DNA from: Thalia democratica | Taxonomy: Eukaryota | Direction of reading: 5' to 3' | NCBI GenBank assembly: GCA_965202585.1 | Contig: OZ241826.1 | Span: forward strand, 99,324,001-99,388,000 | Length of the DNA: 64,000 bases | Shown: positions 39,245 to 52,365 of the stretch, piece after piece | Numbering within the stretch: position 1 is the first letter of the stretch | Layout of the letters: each line of letters starts with the position of its first letter | The notes under the pieces: model-generated | Told to the model about the DNA's origin: nothing | What the model saw: the letters and a program-made list of their open reading frames with translations, nothing else | Databases searched by the model: none | Made by a program: the position numbers and the translations under genes

Positions 39245-39871
39245 GGGTCAGAATAGACGGCGTTGCTTTACTATCTTATTGTATAAGTATTTATGAATCT
39301 AGTTGAAAATGTATGTGATTGTTAAATAACTAACTTAAACATTTTCAGGTATGATATTAAATATTTTTTAAATATTTAATACTATTACATCTACAAAGTA
39401 CTAGAAAGTTTAAAACAAAATTTAAAAGATAATTAAAATTGTTAGACAAACAAATTAATTAAATAATTTTGCAAGCCTTAAAATCCTTGAAATTTAGATT
39501 ACTTTAAACTATTTTTAATCAGTGAAATAGAAGTTTTTAGAGAATCATCCTATTGAAAAGCTTTAGTTCTTTAAAATTTAAGGCTCAAAGCAAAATTAAT
39601 CCACCGTGCTAAATTGACTCAGTGAAAAAGTGACCCATCTTACTTAAGTGACTTAATGTGCTAAATTGAAATAATGTAAAAGTGACTCTTCCAACTAAAA
39701 CGACCCACAGGGCTATTTGACGCAACGTGCTAAAATGACCCCCTGTGCAAAAGTGAATTAATGTGCTGAAGTTCAAAGGTGACTCCTGTACTGAAATGAA
39801 GTTTAGCAAATGGACACACAGTGCTGAGTTAATGATACGTGCTTAAGTTTTGCTGTGCCATTCTGACACCC
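39245..39871. mobile_element. TIR element with internal degenerate gtgctaaa(a/t)tgac repeats
   Basis: Ends gggtcagaatagac / gtgccattctgacaccc. Repeated motif at 39606-39850. Superfamily not assignable. Confidence 0.45.
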
Positions 39872-40985
39872 ACCAACTTTACCAACAAAGCAACAGCAGA
39901 CCTATTTTTAGTAAAACTAGTGCTAACATTTTTGGTTGATATAAAATATGTATTTTTAACTTTTCAGTTTATTCTTTTTTCACAATTTTAGTTAAAATAG
40001 TTTTTTGGAAAAAAACATGACAATTTTATAACTTTTTTGCTTTATGTGCTATTTTTTTCTTTTTCTTAATAGTTTTTAAAGAAATAAATAAAATTTTAGA
40101 CATTTTCAAAAATTATTTTCAAAAGCTTCACATTCTAGAACCTTTTGGTTAACCTTTCTGTTTTCAGGTCATTCAATGTTTTATAAACTTTAGCCACTTA
40201 AAAATCTTTGTTCAACATTCTTCAATCATTCCTTAAATACTCTTGTTTGGTAAATTGAGTAAATTAACAACTAAAATTTCTGAAAATTTAAAATGTTTTG
40301 AATACAAAATATATTTTACAAAGACAGCATTACCAGGGTTGACACATGCATAGGTGTTTAATTCTAATTAAAATCAAAGAAGGAATTAAGCTAATTCTGG
40401 CTAGTTAGTTTTTTTTTTGGTAATCTTAAAAATGCTGAACTTAAAGTTTTTTAATTCAGGTTAATTTTTGTTATAAGTATATAATTATTGATTGAATCAG
40501 TTTTATATTTTATAGTAAACTTTATATAATTCAGTTTAAAAAGTTGATATCAAGTAAAAAAACAATAGGTTGGCAAACTTGGTTCTGCAGGCAAAGTACA
40601 AGCCACAAAGCAAAAAGTATGAGGGATAATGTACTTATTAGCAAATAATATTTCTAATTAAATTAACTTTTATTTCACTCAAGCTGTCAATATTATAGTT
40701 ATGAATTAATAGTTTTTATCTTATCATATTTTGTGACATTTTGATTGAAACTGTCTTTTCCATGAATCTTTACCTTTTATTTTAAATAACTGTGGCTTGC
40801 TGAAAAGTATTTACTTTGCAATGTTGCTGATATTTGCTTTTTCTATGAAAACTAACCATTAATTGAAAAAGGCATACTTTTTGAAAATGAATAAACCAAG
40901 TAAAGTGGATTTTAATCTGTGATAGTTTAATTTTACTATTCTTTTTGATAGAAATAATTTTTTATCAGGTTAGACATTTTGTAAC

Positions 40986-41497
40986 GGTTCAAATATGCAC
41001 AAAGAGACACTTTTGCACGAACAGTATTTTCAAAAACGGTTGCTTTTGTACAAAGACACCGTTACACTAGGGGTGTTTTTTGCATTAACGACAATTTTGC
41101 CTGGGTTAAAAATAATTATAACAACTAAAAGAAAAATTAATATAAGATAAATACTGACTAAGCATTAGGGCTAACAGTGATAGTTATACAAAGGTAAACA
41201 AAATATATAAAAGATAAAAGATATACCTGTGTAAGGACTAAGCGTAATAGTGATTGTAAAAAAACATAGACAACTAAATAAATATAAAAACAAGTAAAAA
41301 CTACTACAAACCAAGGTTAGAGATAACAGTTGTAATAGTTTTAAAAATTGATGAGAAACTATCCTGACAGTTTTATGTCTAAATTAAAAGTATTAGGATT
41401 AATAAGAATTTAAGATAACTAAAAAACAAAAATTTTCAACCCCTGCATGCAAAAGACAGTCTTCAAGCAAAAGTGTCCCCTTGCGCATTTTTGACAA
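40986..41497. mobile_element. MITE with ~35-bp imperfect TIRs
   Basis: Left tcaaatatgcacaaagagacacttttgcacgaa vs reverse complement of the right end tcaaaaatgcgcaaggggacacttttgcttgaa. Related sequence at ~8003-8300. Confidence 0.55.
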
Positions 41498-41554
41498 ATA
41501 CCAAGTCTTTTTACCTCAGAAACTTTTGCTAGTTTTCCTTTTAACATAGTTTAA

Positions 41555-41917
41555 GGGCATAGGGGTGAAAAATTACAAAATTTTTGTTGTTGTTTAATTT
41601 TTTTATTAAATTTACCGTTTTTTAATTTTTAATTTGTTTTTATAGAATTTTCTAAATATTCTAAGATACATTTCCTGAAAGTTTGAGGTATTTATCTCAA
41701 AAGACGTAAGGGGGATAGATTTTTAATGATTTCTAGTTAATTGCAGTTATATTTTACGCCTCCCACAAGGAACCTTTTGTTGGCTCGAACTACGACTGGC
41801 TATATCTCAAGAATTGTTTTAAATTTAAAAAATCTGTGAAATGCAACTTTTATCCGAGTTAAAACTTGATAGAATATTACTAAATTGTAAAAAAGGTGGT
41901 TTAACTCCCCTATGCCC
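41555..41917. mobile_element. Kolobok-like MITE
   Basis: TTAA|gggcatagggg ... cccctatgccc|tcaa. Confidence 0.75.
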
Positions 41918-42429
41918 TCAATAGTTTTTTTAAAGGCTATGCCAAGCAAATAAAATAATAGATCAAACATAAGGCGTCTTTCAAGATACATTTTTTTAAA
42001 GCTTATCACTTGAAAGAAAAGAAAATTTTAAACCATATTTTTTTACATTTAGTTTCGAATACTTATCGTTTTATTTTAAACCATTAGTTTTTAAGATGCA
42101 TTGGATAGGGTTTACATTATAATACTTTTATTAACTTTCATGTTATACTTCTAGATTTAAAATAAAAAAGATAAAATATAAAGAAAGTTGAAAAAACTGA
42201 CAATATAACATGAAATCAAGAAGTGCCTCCCTAAAACTTTTTTAAACCATTTTAATTGTGCACAAAATGTTTTTAAAACAACTGCCAAATGTAAAAATAT
42301 CCAACTAAAAACAAAAGGTTGGAATTGTCAGCACCTTAATATTCATACTCTGTAGACTTTTTTTTTTGATATTTGAGTTTTTCTTGATTTTTATAGATTT
42401 AATAAAGTAAAAAGGATGTAAACAAAACA

Positions 42430-42780
42430 CCTGGAATAACTTGAATTTGAAAATTTAGGCTAATAAATCTGAAATTTAAGAAATTTTGAAAAAAAAACAG
42501 GAAAAATCTTGAATTAAAAAAAATAACATGTTTACTTGTAAATTTCAATTTGACCCAAAAAAATCATACTGATAAAATTTTTATGCCATCATCAAAAACA
42601 AATTTATTTAAAACACATTTTATTTAGCTTTACAGTATCTTTTTAATGTTTTTGTGCTATTAGACACAACTTTTTCCTTAAACTTAACTTAAAACTAAAA
42701 ATAGACCCTAAAAGACTTTAAAACCTTGAAAAAATTTTGAAGACCTTGAGAAAATTTGCCAAAAACATTTGGCAACTCTG
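42430..42780. mobile_element. hAT-like MITE fragment (CAGGGTGGCCAC family)
   Basis: Interior matches 50041-50411. Right end tggcaactctg. Left end eroded. Confidence 0.6.
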
Positions 42781-43124
42781 AGTAGATTATAAGGTTTGTG
42801 ATATGTAGAAGTGTTTATTAAGTACAAAAGTACATTATTTATCAAAATATATTTAAACCCACCAAATTTTGTTTTTTATCTATTTAAATACAGTTCTGCT
42901 TGTATTGCTTGTAAATTAAATTTTAATCCAAATTCATAAACATCTTAATTTTAATATACTTTCTCAGACATTATGGCAAAAACTTCAAAGACTTAAGACC
43001 TCATCAGCTATAGAAAAAATGCAGTATGTCTTAGAAGTTAAGAAGAAGCTGTGAAGAATTCGTGCGAAAGGTGTACATGCACTTATAGTGCACAACCAGT
43101 AGACCAAGCAGCTGACACAATTAT

Positions 43125-46100
43125 TAGAAGATTTTTCTTAGTGCAAGATTAGGTGCCACGACATCAAGTCTTTTATCATGGTTTGTATAATCAACTTTGT
43201 TGTTATTTTGGCCCCTGTTGTTGGATAAAGCTAAACTTGTTTACAAAGAATTAAGCTTCGTTATGAATTCAGATTTCTTAAATCTAGCAGTACTAAGTCT
43301 CATATTTTTTGCATTTAATTTATAAACACCAACTACTTTAATGACATGTATATTACAATTAACAAAAAAAATGTGTATCAACCCTGATCCTGGACAACTA
43401 AAACTTTTATAATTAGATGTACAACTAAAATACAAATTATAATAACAACCTTTACATTTCTGCCATTGAATTTTAAACTTCACCTACACCCACTACCCGC
43501 TACTTCACCTGCCGACCAACCAACCCTTTAAGTTCATCATAGAAAGCAACCCTGCGGTTCGTTTTACATTAGTGTATCTTTAGTTTTATATTTTAAAATT
43601 AATAGCTGAGTTTGATTTGTTAGATAGTGTAATCATTACAGAGTTCCAACTTCCCTATATTGCCCTATAAATCCAAAGTACACATTGAAATATATGTGAA
43701 AATCCATAAAAATCTATATAAATTACATTTTTTTGCTTGGTGATTGGAATTTAAAAGCCAAAGCAGTGGCACCGCAAGCTGAAAATACACATACAAAAAT
43801 TGAACTCAAATAAACTACAATGTATTTTACAATAAATTAATCCATAACTTACTTCCTTTGTAGGTTCACGATAAATGACCTATTTTGCTGTTGAATCTAA
43901 GTAGAAAAAAAATTTGTTTCTGAAGACCTTGTATGATAATTTTGGACAAATTTTACACTTTTTTAGTAATTTTTAAAGTAATCTGGTAACAAGTTTTTGT
44001 TTAACTTAAACATAAACTGACCTATTTCATATAAATACAGACTTTCAACATCTTTTTTGTCTGAATTTTAATTTTCTTACACTATCATCATTGAACATTG
44101 ATACCATTTACACATTTTATTTGCGCTTCCCCACCACATTAAGCCATCTCTAATATTTCTCGTAAACAAAGAATTAAAGATTAAATATGATGCTTTTTCT
44201 TTTAAGAAGTGTCTGGTTTTATATAATACACCCAATGTTTTCTGTAATTTAGTATTTATACCTTCTATGTGTTCTGTCCATTTGAAATTTTTGTCTAAAA
44301 TTATTCCCAAATATTTAAAGCTATCTGTGTTTGTTATAATTGTTTTACCTATTTTAGTATTAAGTTCTGTATTTTTCCTGAAATTTTTTTTTGATTGATG
44401 TAGAATAATGCTTCTTGATTTATTAAGGTTTAGTTTAAATTTGTTTCCCATATGCCAATCTGAAACCTTTTTTAGTTCTTTGTTAAAATTTTTACTGTCA
44501 TTTAGGTATGTATCTTTTTTGAATGTTTTATATAAAATTGTGTCATCTGCAAAGTTGAGGACTTAAAGACTAGTATTATTTTGTAAGTCATTTATGTTTA
44601 TTAGGAATAACAATGGTCCTAATACTGAGCCTTGTGGTTCCCCAACTTGACATTTTTCACAGGTTGACTCATATCCTCCAAAGCTAACGAATTGTTTTTT
44701 TCCATCTAGGTATGAGCTCATTAGTAGATGTATATTTATTCTCATAACATTCCAATTTCCTTAGTAAGATATTTCTATCTACACTATCAAATGCTTTACT
44801 TAAATCCAAAAAGACTGCACAAACAGCGTTTCCTTTATCAAAATTGGACAGCACCGCTTCAACAAATTCAGACAAAGCTAAAGTGGTGGAATAATTCTGA
44901 AAAAAGCTAAACTGAAAATTATCTAGAATTTTATTTTTGGAAAAAAAACTGTAAAGGTGGTTATAGATTACTTTTTCAATTATTTTATTTATTTTAGATA
45001 GAAGTGAAATAGGTCTATAATTTCCTGGTAATGTTTTTAATCCTGATTTAAAAATTGGTATCACTTTTGCAAGATTTAGGCTACTTGGATAAGCACTTTC
45101 ATAAATTTCTTGGTTTATTAATTTGCTTAGTATTGGGGATATAAGATTGTTTACCTTCTTAAGGATCTTTGCAGATATACTATCCTCACCTCTGGCTTTG
45201 TTTGGACCTAAACTCTTCATAATACTAAATACTTAAGTCTCTGTAGCATCAAAACAAAAAAAAAACTATTACTAACATTTCTAAGATTGTCAGTAAAACC
45301 TAGTGGTTACCTTTTTGAGCTGATGTTTGCTTTTAAATGCTAGAAAAATGTAAGTTAAATTTGTTTACTATGTCTAATGGTTTTATGTATGATTTTTGAT
45401 TCACATCTAGTCTATGTGGAAAATGGCTATCTTTTTTCTATATATTAGTGATTTTATTTATTACTTTCCAAATTTTTGATGTATTTTTGTAAGAATTTTT
45501 TAGAATATTTCCATAGTATGCTTTTTTAGAATTTGTTAACATTTTTGTAATTTTTTTGTGTATATTTTGTATTCTTGTAGTTTAACTGGGTTATTAAAGC
45601 TATTTTTGAAAAGGTTTTTATATAATTTGTTTTTTCTTTTTATGGACTTTAGTATATCTTTTGTTATCCAGAGTTTAGGTTTTAGTTTTAATTTAGCTTC
45701 AGACATTTTTTTAGTTGGAAGGTTTTGGTCAGTAATGTCTTTAATTTTTCTTATTTAGTAATTTAACTTGGTATATATGGAATTTTTAGATTTAATAATT
45801 TTATCTATTTCATGTTTGTTAAAAAATTGAGTAGCATCAGTTAAAAGTTTATTATTGTTAATTCTTGAAAAGTCTTTAACACATTTATTCTTGTTCTTTG
45901 AGTTATTTATAATTAGATTGCAATTTTTAATTTAATATGAAGTGAAAAGTGGTCTTATATATCTGATAATAATATAAAAGAACTAGTAACTTTTTCAGAT
46001 CATGAACAATACAAATGATCAATCAATGTACCTACCATGCTATTTGTCCTAGTAGGTGCTGTAATAAAATTTGTTAAGCCAAACCCTTGGGTTTGGTTTA

Positions 46101-47690
46101 ATTAGTTTTCCACTGCGTTAACTTTATCATTTCTAAAGTATATTTATGTCTTTAAAAGTACATAAATTCTTATAACCAGTTATGTGTTCTATAAAAAAAT
46201 ATAATTTTTTTTTTACTAAACCCCTGAATGGATTTTCCAGAATGTCTATAAATTAGCACTACTAAGATGTTTTTAATGATATTACTATTTATTCCTACAG
46301 ATATTTCTAGCCAAAGTGGTTCATCTTCTCTGCAAGTAAATTTAAGATTTTGTCATACTGTATATAAAATTGATTTTTTCATATAAACAAGCACACCGCC
46401 AGATCTTTTTTCAGACTTGACAAAATTTAGATTGTAATTTACCAATGATATCAAATCTATATTGCTGTTTATACTAAGTTTTGTTTTACATACACCTATG
46501 ATATCTGGAAAAATATTGCATGAGGACATAAGCTCCTAAAAGTGAGATTTATTTTACTATTACTTCTTATATTGACATGCAGAAATCTTAAACCTTTATC
46601 ATTTAAATCATTAATTTTCTTTAATTCAAGGTCTTCAGTAGAAATGTATTGAATACTAAAAACAGTTAGTTCAGTATTTAAGTTAAATTTTATAATTAGG
46701 TTGTTATTCTTTATTAAGAAAAGTTCAGTGTTATTAATATTTCTAAATGAAAAAATATCTTTTTTAAAAAGATTATAAATACAAAAAAAAAAAAAGGTTT
46801 TTTAAATCAGAATAGTTAATTAGGCTAAATAGCATTTCTTTAAGAAAACTATAATTAACAGACATGATAAATTTATTGGTTTTCATAAATTATTTTACTT
46901 TAGATGTAATCAAATTAAATCTTTATACTCACAATATCTTCTTCTTTTCTTACTGCATAAATTTGCGATTCTTCATTTTTTCTCAGGTGAACAATGCCAT
47001 CTATGTCCAGAGAACTTTCCAGTTTTGTTTTTTTTTTGAACTAAAGTGCTGTGGTGAGTAGTTTCTGGTTTCTGTATGTAAGGTTTTCATTGATGTATTC
47101 TTTCTTTGTAAATTTAAATTTTACAGTTGACAATCTTTTTTTATTTTTAAAGATTTCATTTCTTTTTACTGGATTCAAATTTTACGATAATTGGGGCACT
47201 ATAAATTTCATTCTTGTCATTTCTTTTATTTTTCAACCTATTGACAGACAAAACCTCATTTTTTTAAATTTCTGGATCTATTTTTTTTAGCATTTCCAGA
47301 GCTACTTTAGTAATTTTCTTACCATCTTTCTCTTTTACACCACTAAAAACTATATTGTTAGTCTTTTGATCACTTTCAATAAAATCAAAGTGTAATATAT
47401 TCTTCATTGACTGCACATTGACTTGTTTTAAAGCTTTGTTTAATTCTTGGTATTCTTTTTCCAGTGTAGAAAATATTTGCTTAATCTCAGAATTTTCCAA
47501 CATAACTTTTTCAAATTTGCTGTTCATGAGCTGAAGTGACTTTTTCATTGAGTCAATGGTCTCTTTCATGCCAATTAAGGAGGTTAGTACACTTTTTTCC
47601 CTTCAACTTATCTCTTAATTCATTTTCTTTATCTTGCTTGACCTTGCAAGTTTTCATTTTAATTTAGACTGTTCTTTCCTGTCTTATTCA
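43125..47690 (-). mobile_element. Decayed CR1-clade LINE, copy B
   Basis: ORF1 from ATG 47657. RT motifs KVIPIFKSG..PGNYRPISLLS, VFLDLSKAFDSVD (44684-45220), GEPQGSVLGPLLF (44563-44745), FKYLG (44077-44451). Confidence 0.95.
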
Positions 47691-47708
47691 AATAGAATAA
47701 TTGTTCAG

Positions 47709-47820
47709 AAATAGTTTTTACCAAAGAAATCTATATAAATATAGAAATGTTTATTACTATTTAATTAGAATAATAATAAACATTTAAATATTTATATGAT
47801 TTTTATTGGTAAAACTATTT
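47709..47820. repeat. Palindrome, copy B
   Basis: Left arm essentially identical to copy A. Right arm carries different mismatches. Confidence 0.8.
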
Positions 47821-47887
47821 TTTTGATAACTGTGTTTGATAACATGACTGATATTGTTTATGTACGATATAAAAGGTAGTTATATAG

Positions 47888-48975
47888 CAGGGTTCGTGCG
47901 CGTCAGGCTAAGTCAGGCTAAATCAGGCTAAATCAGTTTTTTTGAAAGAAGTTGAAAAACGTCAGGCTAAATCAGTTTTTGTGTTTAAAAATTTGAGAAT
48001 CTCAGTTTTTGTCAGTTCAAATGCATGAAATTTTTTTAATTAAGATCAAATTAAGATGTGAATTTATTTCTAAATAAAGATTTAGTTATTAAAGACAAAA
48101 TCAGTCAGTATTTGTAAAAATAAGTGCTTAAAACCTTTTGTTGAATCTCTAAAATAATTTTAAGAATCTTCATTATTTTGTTTTTAGTATATTATATACG
48201 TCATAACTATAAAAATTCATAAAAAAGTACATTTTAAACACTACAGTTTAGTTCAACAACTTGACTGTTTATTTGAATTTGTTTACATGAGCTTTGTTTT
48301 CCAGAGCTTAGTTAGTTAAACTGTTTTAATTTCTAATATAAAGGCTTTATACCAAATACTTTATAGATTAATACTCTTAGCAGTTTGTTCACATATTTTA
48401 TTTTCTGTTTATTCAAAGTTATTTGAGATATTCACAAGACTAAAAAATTACTTATGTAATATCATGATTATTTTAGTTAGTTATTTTAAAAATTAAGATG
48501 CTTTAATGATAATATAAAGTTTTTGAGAGATGTGTTTAATTACATTTTGTTTTTCTTTTACAGACTTATTCACATTTCTGTTTTAATAAAAGCTTCTGGT
48601 CCAGTCATGTAACTTATAATTGACAAATTCAAGTACTAATTGACACAAACCTTGTATATGGGTGATAAGTTGTGGATGTAACTAAGCCCCAAAATTTAAT
48701 AAAGGTATTAATTCATTGAAGCAGAAATTATAATGACCAGTTTAAAATATTCAAGTTGCTGGGTAAGGGATTGATAGATGTTGAAAAATAATTCATTTAA
48801 ATTTTTATTTTCTTTAAAAGTAGTTTTGTGAATACTTTTATTGTGTTAATTTGCTATTGAGACCCCCCGATACCCAAAATGCCTTCTGAAGGTGATTTTT
48901 TCTACTTTGAAAAAATGTCAGGCTAAATAGGTCTCTGTCAGGCTAAATGAAAAGGAATTTCGCGCACGAACCCTG
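47888..48975. mobile_element. Non-autonomous hAT-like element with 5-bp TSD
   Basis: Perfect 15-bp TIR cagggttcgtgcgcg. TATAG at 47883-47887 and 48976-48980. Single tatag at the empty site in copy A (~24777-24781). Six tcaggctaa subterminal repeats. Confidence 0.92.
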
Positions 48976-49769
48976 TATAGTAAAAGAAATATTTCATGTG
49001 ACCAGACCTGTTCTCGGACCACATAAAGAACGTCACCTTAGAAAGCGTCACCATGGTCACCTAGAAGAAACTGGTTAATGGGCAGCATTCTTAAGACACC
49101 GGTAACAACAACATTTACGACAAAAGTAAGTTGACTTTTTTATTTATTTTAGAAATATACAATGTGTAAAGACGAAAAATGTACAAACACGAGTTAGAGA
49201 TAGTTACCTGAATTAATAAAATACACGTTCTTGTTTAAAAATTGCAATTTTATAAACTAAAAACCTTATATATACAGTTATAAGTAGATACTATGTTGTT
49301 TTATTTTAATTTGATACTAAAATGATATATTTTTTATAGGCAAGGTAAAGCAACATATTTATTGTAAAAATACTATTAATAAAACATAGCTTTATTATAC
49401 TTTTATGACGTCACGCAGGGCAAAACCAGCTGTACTTGAACTGACATCCAACTTGACGGCGCCACCTATTGGTTGAACGAGCACGATTGTGGCTAATTTG
49501 TAGTCGAGGAGAAGCAACCTCATGGATGCATTGGGGAGAATTTGTAAATGTTCAAGTTCATGTGAAACTTCTTCATGCTTAGAACCGGTCAGTTTAATAT
49601 TTATTAGTAATTTGAATTTTGTTAAGTATTTTTACTTAAATATAATATACTCGAGACTAGTTTAAGTTTATTTTTACAAAAACATGGGTAAATTGTAAAC
49701 AATCTGTCAGTTTCACACCTTTTTTATTACAATAATTAAAATAAGTTCTCAAAAAAATATTGAAACTAT

Positions 49770-51370
49770 GTTGTAATAACATTGTTACTATCTCATAGAC
49801 AGGATTATGGTTCTTCAACAAGCTGTATTTATTTTAAGATTTTAATTAAAAGACTGTCATTTAATAATTTTAGAATTTTGAGAAATTTCGAAATGAACGT
49901 TGAAAGACTAAAACTTTTCAACAAAATCAAAATATAATTTTTTTCTATTGGTTAAGTAAATTTGTGTAATTCTTTTTAATTTTCTTTGCTTCTATATTTC
50001 TTGTTAAATTTTGTATACCTATTAATCCATCGTTTTTATACAGGGTGGCCCATAACCTTGAATTCTGAAAAACCTGGAATTTGAAAATTTGGGTTAAAAA
50101 ACTTGGAAAAACTTTGAGTTTTTAGAAAATTTGTAAAAATAAACTGGAATTTTAAGCTATGTTTACATGTTAAGTAGAAAATTTTGACTTAAAAGGAAAA
50201 GTTTATCATGTAGATGAAAGTTTTTAGTCATCATCAAAAACTATTTTTATTTAAAAACAAATTTAAAGTAGCTTAACAGTATCTTTTCAATGTTTTTATG
50301 CTATTTAACACAGTTTTTAACCTTAAATTTACCTTTAAACTAATAATACACCCAAAAACGTGTACTTTAAAAAACCTGGAAGAAATTCTTTAAAAACCAG
50401 TGGCCATCCTGTCAATAAATTCTTACTTTTTTATCGAATGTTTGTTTAAGTCCTTGTAGTATATACACCCAATTAGCCTTATTTCTCACCACATCTTTGC
50501 CTAAATCCTTTGCTTATTTGCGATATCATATAGCTCGATGCCAATAACACTTTTTCTCTGTTTTGTCTATATCTATTTTTTTATTTACCAAATTTTGTTT
50601 CGTGGTGTTGTGTAACACTACTTATAATTTTTTTGACGCTGTTTGGTAATTGTTGGCAAATTCGAATGCTTTTTCTTATAGTTTCTTATTTATACTTGAA
50701 GAAAAAAACTTAATGTTAATATTATTCCATTTTTGTACTATTAAAAGACATTTTCAGTATTTGTCTTCTAAATGAAGTTGTTTGCTTTTCTGACCAATTT
50801 TTTAATTTATTATTGTTATTTTGCCTATTTGTCCTGCATCGTAATTTGAAGGATTCATCAGTGTTACATAACATTATTTTAATTGGGAGTTAGTTAATTT
50901 ATTTCTTTACAAGCTTAAGTTATTTTATTATTTGTTTTGCTTCATCGTTTATACTGCTAATGGGGGTATAATTTGTTATGGAGTTTTATAACGGAATTTT
51001 GTTTAAATTGATGTATGTATTAATTTTTGTAGTTTATAACAAATTGTAATTTTTTCAGCGGGCAAAAATATTTGTTTGATTTTTAGTAATTTTTACACCA
51101 TTTTTTTAACCCTTGGGTTTTTCGTGGACTTTCCTAAATTTTAATTTTTACATGGCTGATCATTCCATTTTAATTTTTCATAAGTTTTTCTTGCTTTGGT
51201 AGATATTTGGCTTTAAATCAAATTGTTTTAATTTTTTCTATCATAATTTTCTTCTTGGTTAGTTCAATAAGAAACTTATAGTTTTATCAAAATTATTTTC
51301 ATAAACTGTTGAGTTATTGATGTGGGTACGTAAATTTAAAGTGCAAGTCAATTCATTCATAGGGTACATT
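49770..51370 (-). mobile_element. Decayed Penelope-like RT, copy B
   Basis: PAEKITICYKL, SINDEAKQII, LIG(V)YIL-like segment, and YKNDGL, with the MITE 50041-50411 inserted at the Y.DD motif. Confidence 0.75.
50041..50411. mobile_element. hAT-like MITE with inferred 6-bp TSD
   Basis: TIRs cagggtggcc / agtggccatcctg. Flanks tttata and tcaata each differ by one base from TCTATA at the empty site 25866-25871. Confidence 0.85.
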
Positions 51371-52365
51371 TAATAGGGCTAACATACGAGTGTTTTTATT
51401 TTAGACTTGTTCCACCTGCGAGAAGACTAGTCTCCGTTAACAAGGGCAGCCACATGACGGTGCAGAAAATGTTCTTGGTTCCGGAGCAGGACTGAAGGAG
51501 GAATTTTATTTCTTAAGTTTTGCAGACCTACAAAATAAGATTTAATAAAAAAATTACACTGTCTTTTCTATCAAAATTTGTGTTTGTTTTTATTTATACT
51601 GTAATGAACTAAGAAGTTTTATTAAACTAGCTAGGTAAAAAAATACTAAGAGGTACTCGAAGTTTACAAGGGTAATTTAAAACTACCCTATATTACTTTT
51701 TGTGTTTTTAATTTTAAAACTCATTAAAAGTAAAATCAAAAGCTTCTAGAACAATTCTATTATTTTTTATTTTCAAAGTATTAAGAGAATTTTATTGAAA
51801 TCTAAATATTTTTACAGATTATCATTTTCTTCAAAAACTTAATTAGATAAACCTTCAAGCATGACGAGTGTTTACTAATTGTTTGTGACGATAATGTAAA
51901 CAAAATCGTTTTTAAAAATTGTAAATTATTGTTTTTAATTATTTTTTTAACACAAAAGCTGATCTAATATACTAATGTTTAGCAGCAATCATATAATTAT
52001 TTAGTGTAACAAACGTATGTTACCAATTACTGTATTACTAATTATTGTAAACAGACCTTTGTTAGATAAATTACTGTGACCTTAAATTCCATTTCAAAAT
52101 TGTCCTGGCTGGTCAAGTACTTATCACTGATTTAGATACGAAATAAAGACTTTTTTGTGGCTGCTCAAGTTTTAAATTTATCTATCAGTTTTTATCATAA
52201 GAACTTTTTGTGCTTTTAATTTTTAATATTCTAACAATGTGAACTTTTGTCTTAAATATAATGAAAAATTTAAGCGAATTTAACTGTTTTAATAATAAAT
52301 TGATTATATCTACTACATACCCAAAAGTTAGTGGGGACTTAAATGTTTAAACTTTAGTATATAAT

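Noticed and set aside
42968-43135. Plus-strand exon-like segment next to the LINE 3' end
   Set aside because: In-frame stops, no identifiable family and no donor.
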